Shown here in pieces: positions 26,168 through 39,560 of a stretch of 64,000 nt of DNA. The notes under the pieces were generated by a model. It was not told where the DNA came from, did not search any database, and was given only the letters and a program-made list of their open reading frames with translations. Within the stretch, counting starts at the first letter, position 1, and each line of letters begins with the position of its first letter. The translations under genes and the position numbers were made by a program. The DNA is from Isurus oxyrinchus (taxonomy: Eukaryota): assembly GCA_026770705.1 (NCBI GenBank), contig JANJGN010000152.1:744001-808000 (forward strand), in the 5' to 3' direction.

Positions 26168-26449
26168 CACATCTGAAACAGTTGGTGTCAGCGGAGAGTG
26201 AGTTACTGGATCTGTAAATAGTCCGACTCTGGAGGTAGATAAACAAAAGAGCACGAGCTTAACTCTAAACTTGTGTCTATCTATGTATGTGCAAATCCCC
26301 ACCTACAAAGCTGTCTATAATATGCATGTACCCGATCGCTAGCCGCAATAAATCCTCATGCAAACCTGCTAACCAGCGTTGATGAACATAATTCAGTACT
26401 TACTGTCCAACAGCGCAGCCAGTATTATCAGAAACATGTCTGACTGAAT
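26168..26449 (-). pseudogene. Truncated TCR V (V7), paralog of V12
   Basis: Leader 26449-26404 (ATG>ATT; IQSDMFLIILAALLD, GTAAGT donor). Exon from 26226 (GLFTDPVTHSP) is cut by the Penelope fragment. Promoter is homologous to 37310-37430. Confidence 0.8.
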
Positions 26450-27688
26450 CTCTCTCAGTAAATGTGAATGCAATGGGCCAGAGAGTGAGAAGGAGAGAGG
26501 GAACCCAGGCTCTGATCAGCTCATTGTTCCAACCTCACACTGCAGGGGGCCAGGCCCGTTGTGACTACACTCAGGCTACCATCCTTATAGGCCCCGGTGT
26601 TGGTCACACGTGACTTTCTAATCAACATGAATGAACTTAGTGCGCTCTTCAGGGAGCTCTGTTCGATTTCTTTTAGAATGGGGCCTTTCAGTGGGTGGAG
26701 GGTTCATTGGTATACATATTAAAAGATGCATGTCAGACATTGTTTCCCAGATATTTAATTTGGAGCTGATCAGACCTAGGCTTTTTTTTATGTTTATGCC
26801 AGAAAGTAATGCAATTCTTTCCATGATACTGTTTAAAAATCAGGGGACCAATATTCATACAAAATGACAAGATATCAGGTATTAGACATTAGAAGTAATA
26901 CACCAGGCAGGTACCAAGTGTGACGCCCTTAACTGTCAACAGACGAGGGAAACGGGCGTTATTCCTTTCTCAACTATTTAAAGAAGATAATTAATTGAAG
27001 TACTCAAAATGATAAAAGGTCTGATGTAATAAATCACGCATTATTGTGTCTAGTAGCAGAAAATTCGATAACCCATGAGCCCCATTTTCAGAGAAAAAAA
27101 AAGATGAGAAAAAGATGAAATTCACTTAATACACCGTGTCAAAATCTTAACTGCACGACCCAAAGGATGGAAGAAGAATATTCAATCGTAACCTTCAGAA
27201 GGAAATGTTTTGTACGTTGAAAATGGGAAAACTTGCCCCTCATGCGGAAATTGCAAGAGTTGAAAGACGATTTGATAACTCTTCCAAACAGACAGGGATG
27301 GTATGGCAAATGGTCTAATTCAATAGTTTAAAATTCTATGATCAAGTTTATTCATGCCTCTTCTGCTCGATTTGTTCTCTGTCACTTAAACAGTGAGCAG
27401 GTGCAGGATTGTCACAAGGTTGTGAAATTTCATCCGTCGCTATTTCCGCTCCCTCAGTTCAGAGAGCAGCTGAGAGTCACCGTGCACTTCACTTAATATC
27501 GAGTCTGCGGTATCCCCGCCCGCAGCTTTCGTTTCCTGCTCCCACTCTGAACCGATTGTAATTGGAGAGTTTACTGACGCTGATTCATTCTTTTCATTGT
27601 TCGGGTCAGCAGTGCAGTGGGACGGAGATCTATCTTTCTGCTTTGACAGAAGAGTTTTGGCACGTAGGTTGCAGACTGAGGACGTATT

Positions 27689-28183
27689 ATGGGGGACAAT
27701 TTCACTCCGCTCCTCATTGATATATCATTTCTCAGTAAGCATCTCCTTCCCGGTAAAATCCATTGTCCTCCTGATTGCTGTGACCCAGATGTCATTGCTG
27801 TTCAAATAATGGTGACGGCGATCATGACGATTATGTTGACTGACTATTGTTTTTACTTTTCTTTAATGTTAGAATGGAACTACCAGGACACAATGGAACA
27901 GCCGGCTCATGAAATAATGGATGAAGAGAAAATTAATTTCGCACAAACTTGCACTTTGAAAGCAAGAAATCACAGCTTTTATGTGTACTGGCACAGTGAG
28001 CATCCCAGGCAGCCTCCAGAGTGGGTGTTTCATCATATTGGAGAGAATGTGCACAGGAGCAGCGAGATCACTGATCGGTTTTCTTCTATGCTTAATAAAA
28101 CTGCCAGGATCACTGATCTAACGATCGGCAACATGCTGATTTCCAACTCCACCTTGTATTGATGTGCCATGAGCCCGACACTG
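27689..28183 (+). pseudogene. TCR V pseudogene (V8), paralog of V9
   Basis: Leader 27689-27734; exon from 27873; TGA within the YYC motif (LY*C); heptamer GACACTG, nonamer lost. Confidence 0.88.
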
Positions 28184-29031
28184 CTGCAGAGAGATAGCGG
28201 GTCCCAAACTGCAACTCACAGAGTTTTTCAGTTTGCGCTGAGCAGAGGGAGCACTCACACCGTCAAAACAGAAGGAATGATTCAAATCCCACTGTGAGAT
28301 CAGGTGAAACTTGTTAAAAGATCATTAAACATTTAACATTCATCAAGAACAGCTGTTTCGATTAGTTTGCCGTTGAAATTTGAATTTATAATTAAAGCGA
28401 GCTTTACAAATGGCAATGTAATGCCTCAATTCCACTTTTCTTTATCGACGCATTTCCCTGCTGACGTGTTTCCTATCAACGCGTCTCCATTCGGTAAACA
28501 GAATTGTGCACAGTTTCTTCTTTTAGTCTTTAATTTCAGTAGATGGTCCTTTGCTACTTCTCTGTCCAGTAATTCAGAATCAGTCCAACCCCGATGCCTG
28601 TAGATTTAGCCCTGGATTCAAGAGAGGTTATTCATTAAACATTTACGTATTACTGAATAATATTACAATCCTGATACTCCTGTCCCGAACTTACATGTAT
28701 CCAGTATGGAATGAATATGAATTACCACAACCGTCCTAGAGAGTCAGAGTTACATCCTTTTCGAAGGAGACATTACTCCTGAGTTCACCTGTTTGCAGAT
28801 GAATCCGACTGTGTGATATCACTACCAGCTATAACCCCGCCCACAGCATCGGTTTGCTGTCGTCAGCATCACCCCCTTCCTTGCCCTTTATTATTGGAGA
28901 ATTTGCTGCCTTTGTTCTCTGCTTGGAATTGATTGGATGAGCAATTCAGTGGGGACTCGGGGTAGGATTCTGTACTTCTGCTCCGACAGAGGGTTTCCCT
29001 TGACTTCACAGTTACAGACACAGCGAACATC

Positions 29032-29496
29032 ATGCAGAACCGTCTCACACTGCTCCTCATCGTTGTATCCCTTCTCAGTAAGTGTTCACGCCCACGAAAA
29101 ATTCATTATTCCCAGAAACACCCTCATCCAGATGTCACTGTTTTGTGAAATGATGATGATGTTAATAATATCAATGTCTCTTATTCTTATTTTATGTTAG
29201 AATTGAGCCGCCAAGACAAAGTGGAACAGTCGGTTCTTGAAAAGGTTGCTGAAGAGGAAGGCAATCTCACCCTAAACTGCACCTTAAAAACAAACGTTGG
29301 TAATCCTACTGTGCTCTGGTACAGTCAGCATCCCGGGGAGCCTCCACAGAAAATGTTTTATATTATTGGAGGCATAATAAACCGCAACCCAGGTTTGGCT
29401 GCCCGCACCAATTCTGCGTTCGATAAAACAGCCAAGATCACCGATCGGTAAGGTCGTGATCTCTGACACCACCGTGTATTTCTGTGCCATGAGATC
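29032..29496 (+). pseudogene. TCR V pseudogene (V9), 8-nt frameshift in FR3
   Basis: Leader 29032-29077 (MQNRLTLLLIVVSLL). Exon from 29201: DKVEQ..LTLNC..LWYSQHP..ITD / DTTVYFCAMR. Confidence 0.9.
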
Positions 29497-29535
29497 CACA
29501 CTGCTGCAGAGAAAAGCGGGCTCCACACAAAAACC
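29497..29535 (+). promoter_or_regulatory. 23-RSS of V9
   Basis: CACACTG + 23 bp + ACAAAAACC. Confidence 0.92.
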
Positions 29536-29559
29536 AACACTGGAGTTTGCAGTTGGATC

Positions 29560-29575
29560 TCGCCAGAGGGCGCTG
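29560..29575 (+). promoter_or_regulatory. RSS-proximal CTCF motif
   Basis: TCGCCAGAGGGCGCTG, ~25 bp after the nonamer. Confidence 0.65.
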
Positions 29576-32099
29576 TCACACCGACAAAACAAAGCTCCCA
29601 AACAGCCTCCACAGTGGGAATATCTGGGATATCCCCCACCACAACCCGCCCACCGCCCCCCCTCCCCACCCCCCCTCCCTCTATCCCCACCACCACCACC
29701 AAAATAGTAACAAAACCACAGTTAGCAAAATCAAGCAAGTCTCACTTGTGCAATTGCATTTTTATATTTTGCTGATTTCAACTGGTAACTCAGCGATCAA
29801 TTTAAAGTGGTAGGAGTTTAAAGTGGAAAGTGGGATTAGACTGGGTGACTCGTTTTTCAGCCGGCGCAGACAACGATGCGCCAAGTAACCTCTTTCAGCT
29901 CCGCTATCTTTCTATGATTCTCTGAGAACCTGTCTGAAAATTCCTGAGACGTATCTCCCGCGCTGTGTATCTTCAATAAATATCCCGGAGCATCCCGGGA
30001 TACTTGATGCACCAGGAGAGAGTTCGAGCACCAATTGTCGATTAATTGCGGTTCAGTATTATGGTCTGCCCTTCCAGAGCTGTTAATTCAGAGGGGCCCT
30101 GAGACAATTCATCTTCGCCAATAGTTTCTGTAATACATTACAGAACTTACTAAATATCTGACGGTGAATATAATCCATGGAAGAGACATTGATCATTAAA
30201 AACAAACTCACCGGGCAGCAAGACCAATATTAGGAATATAGGGGTCACATGGTGCCTGGTTTAGACTAACAGAATGACTTCTATTCCGACATGAAAGAGT
30301 AAACGGATATCCGGGAGAGGCTTCACTTACCCTGCATTTGGAAACTCGGGGGCGATTCACAGGTACAGGATTGGCTGGTCTCTCAGTACTGACGACAGTT
30401 GTGCACCAATTAATGTTAATTGTATATCAACGACTTGATCTGGCTGTCTTCCTGTATCGCTATGTTTTTCCATGTCAATGGCTCTGTCTTCGTACCTATG
30501 TCTGCCTTTCAATCTCTTTTCTCTCCCGTTCTCAGTCGTTCCGTCTCTCTGAGCCTCTTTCGCTCCTGTCTCTCTGCGCCCCTTCCCCTCTTTCAATTAT
30601 TATCTCTCTGTCTCCTTCTGTCGTGTTCCTGGGAGTGCAGAACGTAGAAAGTCCAATATCTCCCAATCTACCATTCAAAGAGTTCTCCAAACAACGCGCT
30701 CAAGTGTTAGGGGAAGATATAATAGACAATATATAAAAACCACAGAGCAGAAACATGTTTAAAATGGAAGCAGCTGCACTTAAATCCCATACTATATAGG
30801 TTAGGTGTGTATCAGGAGTCAAACTGACATAATTTCTTTGCGTGGACATTTAAATGTCGGAATCTTACCGGGGCCTCTGTCATTTCATTATGCTTAAAAC
30901 GAGCATGAATTAACAGGTATGCCTGGCATTTTGAAAATAAACAAAGACAATCACTAGAATTTGAACTGGAGTTGGTACTGGTTCCATGCATAGGTTCACC
31001 TGTATTAAAGAATATTATAATATGGGTAAGAAGAACAAGAAGAACGCGGCATAATCAAGCAAGAACATCATTCAGTAATATGCGAATTTAGTGAATTGTC
31101 GGGAAAACGCTATTTGCCACACATCAGCACAAGACGGAGCGCACACATCGTGTTTGTGCACTGGAGCAGCTACGGGCCCGCGCATTCTGTGGTTATGTTA
31201 CCATACTGGCAATCTGAGGTAACTGGTTTAATAATCCGACTACTTGATTTGCATTCAGACCACGGCACTTGAGGAATTTAATTTCTGCTGATAAAATAAA
31301 CGCCTGGAGTTAAAGCTAGTACTGGTGGTGGCACGACACTGTTGGATGGTCATAAGTCCCAGCTGGCTCGATAATGTCTTTGATGGAAAGCAATCCAGGG
31401 TCTTTGCCCGTTCCGCTTACCAATAGAAATATGGGCGACTTTTAACCACCCGGTATAATACCCGTTTCATGAAAACTGCTATGAAAACCATAAGCCAAAT
31501 ATAGATTGCGGATGTTTAATCGTGATTCAACTCTGTCTCTCCCTCAGTTTTTTTCCCTGAGCCTCAATCTGTTTCTCCCCCAAACCTTCCTCACAGACGG
31601 GTTTAAAAACAGGTATTTAGGCGAATGGGGAGCCAGGTGTTGCTCTGGTCCATAATATGCAGCCAATGTAAACAGCACAAGTCGTTCATATCTGGGCCCA
31701 ACCACAAAAACGGCTTCTAACACCCCACAAAATACTAAGGTCTTCGTTTCCAAAACCCGAAGTGGACTTTATTCATTTTATGAGCTCGATTTAAGTACAG
31801 GAGAAATAGGAACATTAAACCCACTGATGTGATTCGTGCCCATCACAAATAATAATTGTCCTAACCACTGGTTTCGAACCCAATTCATCGAGAGGGAAAG
31901 GTCAGTGTTTGATCCGCTGCCACACCCTGTAACCAATCACAAGTTGGAGACCATCACCCTCTCCCTGGCCTGGATTTGACCCAGGTCCCACATGGATGAA
32001 AGTCAGAGTCTGACTCGCTGCCAGTTCATCAGGTCACAGAGCGAGAATACACCCTTAATGTCCCAGTTCTCTGTAATAAACACCGACTCGTGACTGCTG

Positions 32100-32190
32100 G
32101 AGTCACGTCAGGCCAATCAGATCCAGTGATTTCAGCTCTTTCGATCCCATATACTCAGGAAGTGACGTCAGATCCGCCTCAGCCAATTGA
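32100..32190 (+). promoter_or_regulatory. V10 promoter: CRE/decamer and CCAAT boxes
   Basis: AGTGACGTCA at 32161-32170, TCACGTCA-GGCCAATC at ~32103, CCAAT at ~32183; similar layout at 16620-16710. Confidence 0.7.
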
Positions 32191-32255
32191 CTCAGCTTTT
32201 CTTGTCCGGTCTTCTGCCGACTTCTGAGACACAAAACTTCTCCGGAGCAGCAGCA

Positions 32256-33296
32256 ATGCGGCTCTCCGTTCTCGCTGTGGTCTGGGTCATATTCATTGTC
32301 GGTAAGAAGTTTAAAATTTGAAAAAGGGGCTTAATTTCTGGGAGAATCAATTTAAAAAGCGGAAAATTCATGTTAACCATGTTTCGGATCTTGATCGGAC
32401 CACACTTGGATTTATGGGGAAATGTTCTGGTCTTTAATCAGACGAACACAGACCACAAAAGAAAATGAAAAGAAACCCAATTACAATTATGGTACTGGAA
32501 TTCAGCAAGAACTGTACAGACTGGGGTTCTACCCTCTGGTAAAGAGAAACTGAGGCGGAACCGAATAGAGGTCTTCAAAATGATGAAGGAGTTCGACGGA
32601 AAATATAATTCCACTTGTGGAGGATTTCTAAAGTATGGGTTATAAATATCAGAGTCACGGAAAAGACTCAATAGGGGATTCATGACAATTATCTTTACTT
32701 TTTAGAATAAGGAATTCAATGCTACAAGGAGCAGTTGAGACAAAGACTCTAGTTTTAATGAAGGGAAACGAGATAAGTGGAAGAGGAAGAAAAGGTTGGA
32801 AGGATTTGCTAAGAGAGTGAGGATGCTCTTCGGGGATGGAAACATGGAGATGGACCATTTAGGCCGAATGAACTGTTGTATGCTCGAAATTACATTTAAT
32901 TTATGTAACACTGGCTGTGAATTTTCACCCTCAGTTCTGTTCCGTGAAAGTTTTAATCGCTGATTTGCTCTTTCTTTAACCGTCTGTTCCAGGTCTGAGC
33001 GATGGAGATTCTGTTACTCAGCGGGAATCCTCAGTCACACAGACAGAGGAAGGAGATGTCACTTTAACCTGCACCTATACCGGCGATGCTTATTACTTAT
33101 TCTGGTACCGGCAGTACCCAGGCAGACAGCCCGAGTTTGCAGTCCGGAGGCTCCCGGGAGGCGGTTCAGAATTTAAGGCGGATTTCGCTCAGAGCCGGTT
33201 TTCTGATACAGTCCAGCAGACGGACAAGTCGTACCGATTGACAATCTCGGAGTTGCGGCTGTCTGACGCCGCGGTCTATTACTGTGCACAGAGTCT
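32256..33296 (+). CDS. Functional TCR alpha/delta-type V segment (V10)
   Basis: Leader 32256-32301 (MRLSVLAVVWVIFIV). Exon 32993-33296: DSVTQRESSVTQTEEGDVTLTCTYTGDAYYLFWYRQYPGRQPEF..DAAVYYCAQS, with C23, W41 and C104 present. Confidence 0.95.
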
Positions 33297-33335
33297 CACA
33301 GTGATGGGAACGAGAGAAAGCCTCGCACAATAACT
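33297..33335 (+). promoter_or_regulatory. 23-RSS of V10
   Basis: CACAGTG + 23 bp + ACAATAACT. Confidence 0.92.
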
Positions 33336-34394
33336 GCTGCAGTTATCTGGGGCACAGCTGGTGTCTGTTGAGGGATGTTTATAACAGCGGGTCAGACACT
33401 GACACGTCAGTCCATCATGTACGGACACAATCCACATAAGCACCATCTAAAATCGCTCACATTGAATATTGATTCAGTCTGATTACTGTATTAAATGTGT
33501 GGGGCAGAATCCTGTTGTTTATTTGGGAATGTCTCAGTGGTCGCCATATCCATTGAGAATACAAACACATGAAGGTGGCCGGGATCCATTTATATCGGTG
33601 CACTGCTGTTTATGAAAGAACTCACGGCAAAGGAACAAATGTTTCTCTTTTAAGTTGAAATAACCAGTTGTGGGACATAAGGCCACCAGGTGAGGAGAAT
33701 CCGAATAAAGATAATGGTCTCATTAAATATCTCTCAATGTTAGTTGCTTCCATATATTGAAATTAAGAATCTATAATATAAACAGGCACAAAGAGGTTAT
33801 TTTCAAGACATGATTAGAAGCTGATGAACAATGATTAATAGATTGCATAATCGACAAGGACAGGCTGCTGTGTCTTAGGCACCGGAACAGATGTTCAGAC
33901 AACCGACTGAATACTAAAGCTTTTTTTTTAACAGTGTCAGAAAGTTTGAGCACTGGATGCGCTTTGGGAAATATGAACACACCAGATAAGGCTTCATGAA
34001 AATGCAAAGCCTTTGTTCTTCTTTGCTGCGCGTCCCTTCAGTGATATATAACTGATGCTGCATTTGTGTTGTATGTACCCCCTGTACCGGCTGGAACATA
34101 AGGTCAACTACTTTGCTCAGCATTTCTGCCGTTGTACCTTTCATTTACAAAATGGGATGAATTTTCTGAACACATTTTACATGATGTTCAGAATGCATTC
34201 AATGTAAATGGAAAATTTCGAAATGCCGCACCTGCTGCTAGCCGGTTGTTACTTATTTGGATTTACTTTCAATGAGCACATTCCGGTTATATGCTTTGAA
34301 AGTCTTTGTTCCTCCCCACTCTACCCGCCATTCCGTTCAACGGGTCACGGTTCTGCAGTGTTCCTCTACGAGGAAGGCTCCGTCTGGTTCCTGT

Positions 34395-34902
34395 CACTGT
34401 GTCTCTCAGCCCGCAGTAATACACCGCACTGTCAGGCAGCCGCAGGTCACGGATGGCGAAATTCTCCTCACTTCTGGAAGTGTCGAGAGATGTAGATAAT
34501 CGAGCCCTCGCGCCCTCTGCAGTGAAAACAACACCAGCGGAAGGGATACAGGTCAATATTGTGTGGGCTTTCTCGCCTTCCTGACGGTACAGTTGCAAGA
34601 AGCAGAAACCAATCGTCGTCGAATAGCTGAAATTAATGGTCAGCGAGTCTCCTTCAAACTGTGCCCCTGCAACCGGCTCCTGTAACACCGAGTCTGCAGA
34701 AAATTCAAAGTACAGAACTTCAACTTTTTATTATCACTGTTACAATCAGGGTTATCATGTTAACGGAGCCCTTTACAAATAAAGGGAAAACATAGTTAAA
34801 AGGAAGATCACTGTGCCAGTATAGCCTGCAAAATGAAAATTGCGTAACTTGGCTATTTACCAGTTAAGAGAATCACAGCTGTGAAGAATGAACAGACAAC
34901 AT
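34395..34902 (-). pseudogene. TCR V pseudogene (V11), V3 family
   Basis: Leader 34902-34861 is 42 nt versus 52 nt (frameshift). V exon 34693-34402 is open (LTINFSY..LQLYRQ..YYCGLR). Heptamer CACAGTG intact, nonamer destroyed. Confidence 0.88.
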
Positions 34903-36077
34903 GTTTGCCGAGCCGATGGTGGATTTGAATAGATTGATTCCAGAATTGTTTTAGTGAAGAGTTAAGAAGATGTTGAATAATATCCAGTCCTGCGCCCGAT
35001 TGGTTTATTCCTGACTGAGCTCACAGCTCTTTGTCCTTCACTTCACCCAATCAGCTCACAGTTCCTTCAATCCGTGACGCCAGAGAGCTCCAAATAAGGA
35101 GAGAGAGCATAAGAACATATGAAACAAGAGCTGGAGTCGGGCATTCGGTCTCTCGACCCTGCAGCACCAGCTATCTCTAATCTAGCTATCTAACTCTCAT
35201 CTACCTTCCTGCACTGTCCCCAGGTCCCTTGTTTCCCTTCATACCCATAGATCTAGCAACCTCAGTCTAACATCAGCTCAGCGACTACGTTCTGAAGTAG
35301 AGAATAATGAAAACTGCATTGAAGCCGATATAGTTTCTTTAAGGGGGTCAATCTTTGATGCGGAACGATAATGGGTAATATTTAAAGTTGTTCTATGACC
35401 AGTGTTCGAGTCTGCCGTTAAAAAAGCTTCTCAATGACCATGAAAAATACTCACAGCCGGTAGAAAGAGGGATTTCACATAGAATGCCGCACATTCTGCA
35501 CCCCGCCAACATCACCCCATATTTCTCCCCCACAGCACCCCCCCTCCCCCCAATACCACTTGTTTCTCCTTCTCTCTTCCTCTTTCTCCTCCAGCTTTGT
35601 CTACTTGTTTCCCTCTGGGTTACTCTTTTTCTCTCACTATCACTTTCTGCCTATTTTACTCTCTCTTTTCTCTCTGTGCGACTATTCACTCCTGTTTTTT
35701 ATTAAGTTGAAACGTGAATTCTTGGAGGTAATGTGGTCCAATAATCACATGTCCAGAATTAGCACAAAAGTATGGAAGTTACTGACCTAATTCAACTGTA
35801 TTTGGGTTGAAAATTCTTCATCAAATGTCCCAGTAGAGCCCTGCTGTGTCCAGGCGAAGCCTCTCACACGGCATTGGAAAAACTATGGCGGCACAGACCC
35901 ACACAACGGACACACGCAGAGATAAGCACACAGAGAAATACATAAAAGCACTTGCAGGTGCACACACAGACATGTAAAATCAAACACGTACTCTGAAGTG
36001 CATCAACTCAAGCACGCACGCACAGGCACACGAGGCCAAGGAGAACCATACATACACAGAGAGACATATGTCTATAG

Positions 36078-36330
36078 AGAGATCAATTAAAGATCAAACT
36101 GTCTCTCAGATGAATTAGAGAGAAAACTGTCTCCCATGATCGATTAGAGATTAAACTATCTCTCAGATCCATTAAAGATTAAACTCTTTTCCGCCTTTTT
36201 GTGCTAATTCTAGACATACGATTAATGGGCCACATGGCCTCCAGGAAGTACCTCACTTTTCAACTTTAGTATCTCAGATCGATTAACGAACAAACTGTCA
36301 AATCAATTAAGGATCAAACTGTCTCTGACA
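36078..36330. repeat. ~28-bp tandem repeat (AGATCAATTAAAGATCAAACTGTCTCTC)
   Basis: About 6 units, interrupted at 36189-36266; related units at ~16480-16530. Confidence 0.8.
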
Positions 36331-37432
36331 AATTCGGGTCTGAGGAGAGGAACAAACGGAAGCTGTGGCCAGAGATGCAGCAGATTGAAAACTGATACAA
36401 GTGCGCGGCGATGAACAGCTGCAACCGGAAGTGTTGGAGCGGAAATAGCGACGGTTGAAGCTCCAGGAGACCGTGAGCATGCTGCACCTGTTCACTCATC
36501 AAGTGACTGAGAATAAATAGTGTGGGAGTGGCAGGAAGGGAGCAGAAGCATTGTAAGTTAGGGGGTGGAATGAGGACTCCACTTAGCGTATTTGTGTCTA
36601 TTTGAAAGACCGATCCCAATCGCCTTTCAGAGCCCGCATTTTCCACGTTGTTTTCCTTTTCCAAATTATGACAATTCCGCATTGAAATTTATGATTGAAT
36701 CCTCTTTCTCCATTATTTCAAGCATCGTATTCAAGATGGTAACATATACAATGTAATAAATAAAACAAATCTTTCCCTATTATCTTTTCATGAAATCTAA
36801 GTGATTCGGTTATTGAATCTTCTGACAATGGAAGAAATTGCGTTCTACTCTGAGTAAAGGACAATTTTTGGCACATCAATTGAATCTCTCTTCTACCTTC
36901 TTTGTTGCGAGGATAAGAATCCAGGTTTGCCTAGTCTGTTCGCATAAATGTCCAGATGTCTGGTGCCATTCTGATGTGAAGCGACGGCACTTTCTCCAAA
37001 CTCTTGACATTCCTTCTACTTCGTAGTGCTCAGGATTTGGACAGAGAACTCCAGCAATCATTTCTACAGATTTAACATCAAGCCCAACCTAAACATCAGC
37101 AGCCGCAAAGACTGTCTGAACAGCTCCAATTCAGATTCCTGGGGAGCATTCGTTTGCTGACATGCATTTCAATAAACCCTGAATCCATTCAACGGCCGCA
37201 TCCGAACGCTGGTTTAACCGAAATCACCAGCGGAGGGTGCCAAATTCAAGCAGGGGCGTCAATAAGTCACGTGGTGGAAACGCCAAAACCAATAGGGATG
37301 GTTTCCTGAGTGAGGTCACAATGGGCCTTGCCCCCTGCAGTGTGCGGGTGGAACAATGAGCTGGGCAGAGCCCGGGTTCCCTCTCTCCTTCTCCGTCTCT
37401 CGCTCATTCCATTCACATTCGTTGAGGGAGAG

Positions 37433-37973
37433 ATGCAGTCTGACATGTTGCTGATAATACTGACGGCGCTGTTCGACAGTAAGTACTGGATTTAGTTAAT
37501 CAAGGCAGATCGGTAGATTAGTGTATAGAGATGGCGATAGTATTTAATAGAATTCACGATCAGAAATATCCATAATATGGACAGCTAGGTAGATAGGAGG
37601 TTCTGCAAACCCAAACAGCTACAAACAAATTGAGATCAACACTGTTTAACCGCTTGATATTTCATTCCTCTACCTCACAGGCGGACGATGCGCAGATCCA
37701 GTAACTCAGTCCCCGGTCGCAATAACGGCGTCGGAAGGGGGTTCGGTGCAATTAGACTGTGAATATACAGATCGGAATCTAAACTACATGCAATGGTATC
37801 GGCAGCAGACGGCACAGCCACTAACATGGATTATTACCAATGCCTTAGCACTGAAGAAAAATGAAATTTCAGGACGGTATCTGGCAGCTGCTGATATGTC
37901 TCAAAAGAACGGTTACCTCAACATAAGCGAACTGAGTGTGGCGGACGGTGCGGTGTATTATTGTGCAATGAGT
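37433..37973 (+). CDS. Functional TCR alpha/delta-type V segment (V12)
   Basis: Leader 37433-37478 (MQSDMLLIILTALFD). Exon 37681-37973: DPVTQSP..VQLDCEY..MQWYRQ..DGAVYYCAMS. Confidence 0.95.
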
Positions 37974-38012
37974 CACAGCGTTAGATCACAGCTAGAACCC
38001 CGTACAAAAACC
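37974..38012 (+). promoter_or_regulatory. 23-RSS of V12
   Basis: CACAGCG + 23 bp + ACAAAAACC. Confidence 0.93.
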
Positions 38013-38194
38013 TCAGTGAGCACTTACAGCTTCGATAAGCTTTCTTATGTGCTTTTGTGGATGGGAAGGGTTTCATCCTAGGTTCCTGGAAAGCAAAATA
38101 GACAGGTCTATTTACCGCGGTTTTATTGCTCTTTTTGTCCTTGTCTAAATCCACAGACAGTTTTGGGGGGGGGCGGTGGGGAAATGTTTGTTCG

Positions 38195-38500
38195 TTCATG
38201 GGATGTGGGCGTCACTGGCTAGGCCAGCATTTGTTGCCCACCCCCAAATTGCCCTCGTTCAGTGGACATTTTAGAGTCAACCACATTGCTGTGGGCCTGG
38301 AGCCACATGTAGGCCAGGCCAGGTAAGGACGACAGATTTCCTTCCCTAAAGGACAACAGTGAACCAAATGCGTTTTTACAACAACAGTTTTATGGTCATC
38401 ATTATACATTTAAATTGAGTTTAAATTCTACTTAGCAGGACTCGAACCGGAGCCCCCAAAGGGTGAGCCCGGATTCTTAAAGCACTATTGCAGGAATAAT
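38195..38500 (-). mobile_element. Shark tRNA-derived SINE with CR1-like tail
   Basis: Box-B-like head near 38440-38450; tail matches 19250-19310. Confidence 0.85.
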
Positions 38501-38789
38501 ACCAGTACACCATCGCGTCCAACGGTATTTCCATACAGTTATTTGTAGCGTAACTGGTTTCGAACTTACTCGGAATATTGATTTGCCAACAGAGGTAATG
38601 AAATCTCTCAGAAGTGGAGTTCCTATAGCTAATAATTATGGGCTATTCTTACAGCACTGTTAACTCAGCCGGACCCAGGGTGGATAGTTGGAGGGTGGAC
38701 TGATCAGTTTATTGTACCTTTTTCCACACGGACTACATTTAGTTTTCCTTGTATATATCATTATGTTAATTTCATTCTTGTTTTGGCAG

Positions 38790-39109
38790 CTACTCCTTGT
38801 CACTGGGAAACAAATTCTGATATTGGTTTATCGGGAACGCAAGGACAATCATTTTGCTTCACCATAACTCTACTTTCGCTGCATATGAACTTATATTCTT
38901 GCACCGTCAATTCTCTAATTGCGACCCCAGAGCATCTCTTCTCCATATTCAGTGATGAAAGAGTTGAAGGAAGATTTAAAGTATCTGTGGACCATATGAA
39001 AGGCTCTACCACTCTTACCATTCACTCGGTTCAGTTCTCAGTTGCTACGGTGTAGAACAGTGCAGTGAAACACGTGGAGTTACGGAGGGGAGGAGACTGC
39101 ACTAGAACT
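38790..39109 (+). pseudogene. Degenerate TCR V pseudogene (V13)
   Basis: PEHLFSIFSDERVEGRFKVSVD..TTLTIHSVQFS; frameshifts and a stop; RSS CACGTGG(39071)-23 bp-ACTAGAACT. Confidence 0.75.
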
Positions 39110-39275
39110 CATTCGACATGCGGACTGGGGAGACAATCAGGACATGGGCTTTAGAAGCAGGAGCGATTCTGCAAAAAAACCTGTTCATCATTCGAGTAAC
39201 TGAATAAAAATATTTTTAATTATTTCATAATAATACAGCATACAGATTAACGACCTCTATAAAAATAAATCACGC

Positions 39276-39560
39276 ATGGAAAGGATCTTTCCTCTTGTGG
39301 GAAAACCTAGAACTAGGGGTCACTATTTAAAAATAAAGGGTCTCCTATTTAAATCAGAGATGAGAAGAAGATTTTCTCTCAGAAAGAGTATGTCTTTGGA
39401 AACCCCTGCCTCAAAGGGCAGGGGAAACAGGGTCTTTGAATGTTTTCAAGGAGAGGGTGATCGATTTTTGATAAACAAGGGAGTGGAAGGTAACCGACGT
39501 TAGGTGGAGGTTACAGTCAAATCAGACATGACCTTATTGGATGGCGGCGTATTTGTATGC
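39276..39560 (+). mobile_element. CR1 LINE 3' fragment
   Basis: ERIFPLVGKPRTRGHYLKIKG motif. Confidence 0.8.

Noticed and set aside
31860-32030. tRNA-like boxes on the minus strand
   Set aside because: No cloverleaf; probably decayed SINE heads
36078-36330. CRISPR-like periodic array
   Set aside because: Contiguous tandem units without unique spacers, in a vertebrate genome
36820-37170. Possible very degenerate V relic on the minus strand (..VEG..EWHQ..KVEERF)
   Set aside because: No YYC motif or RSS; insufficient support
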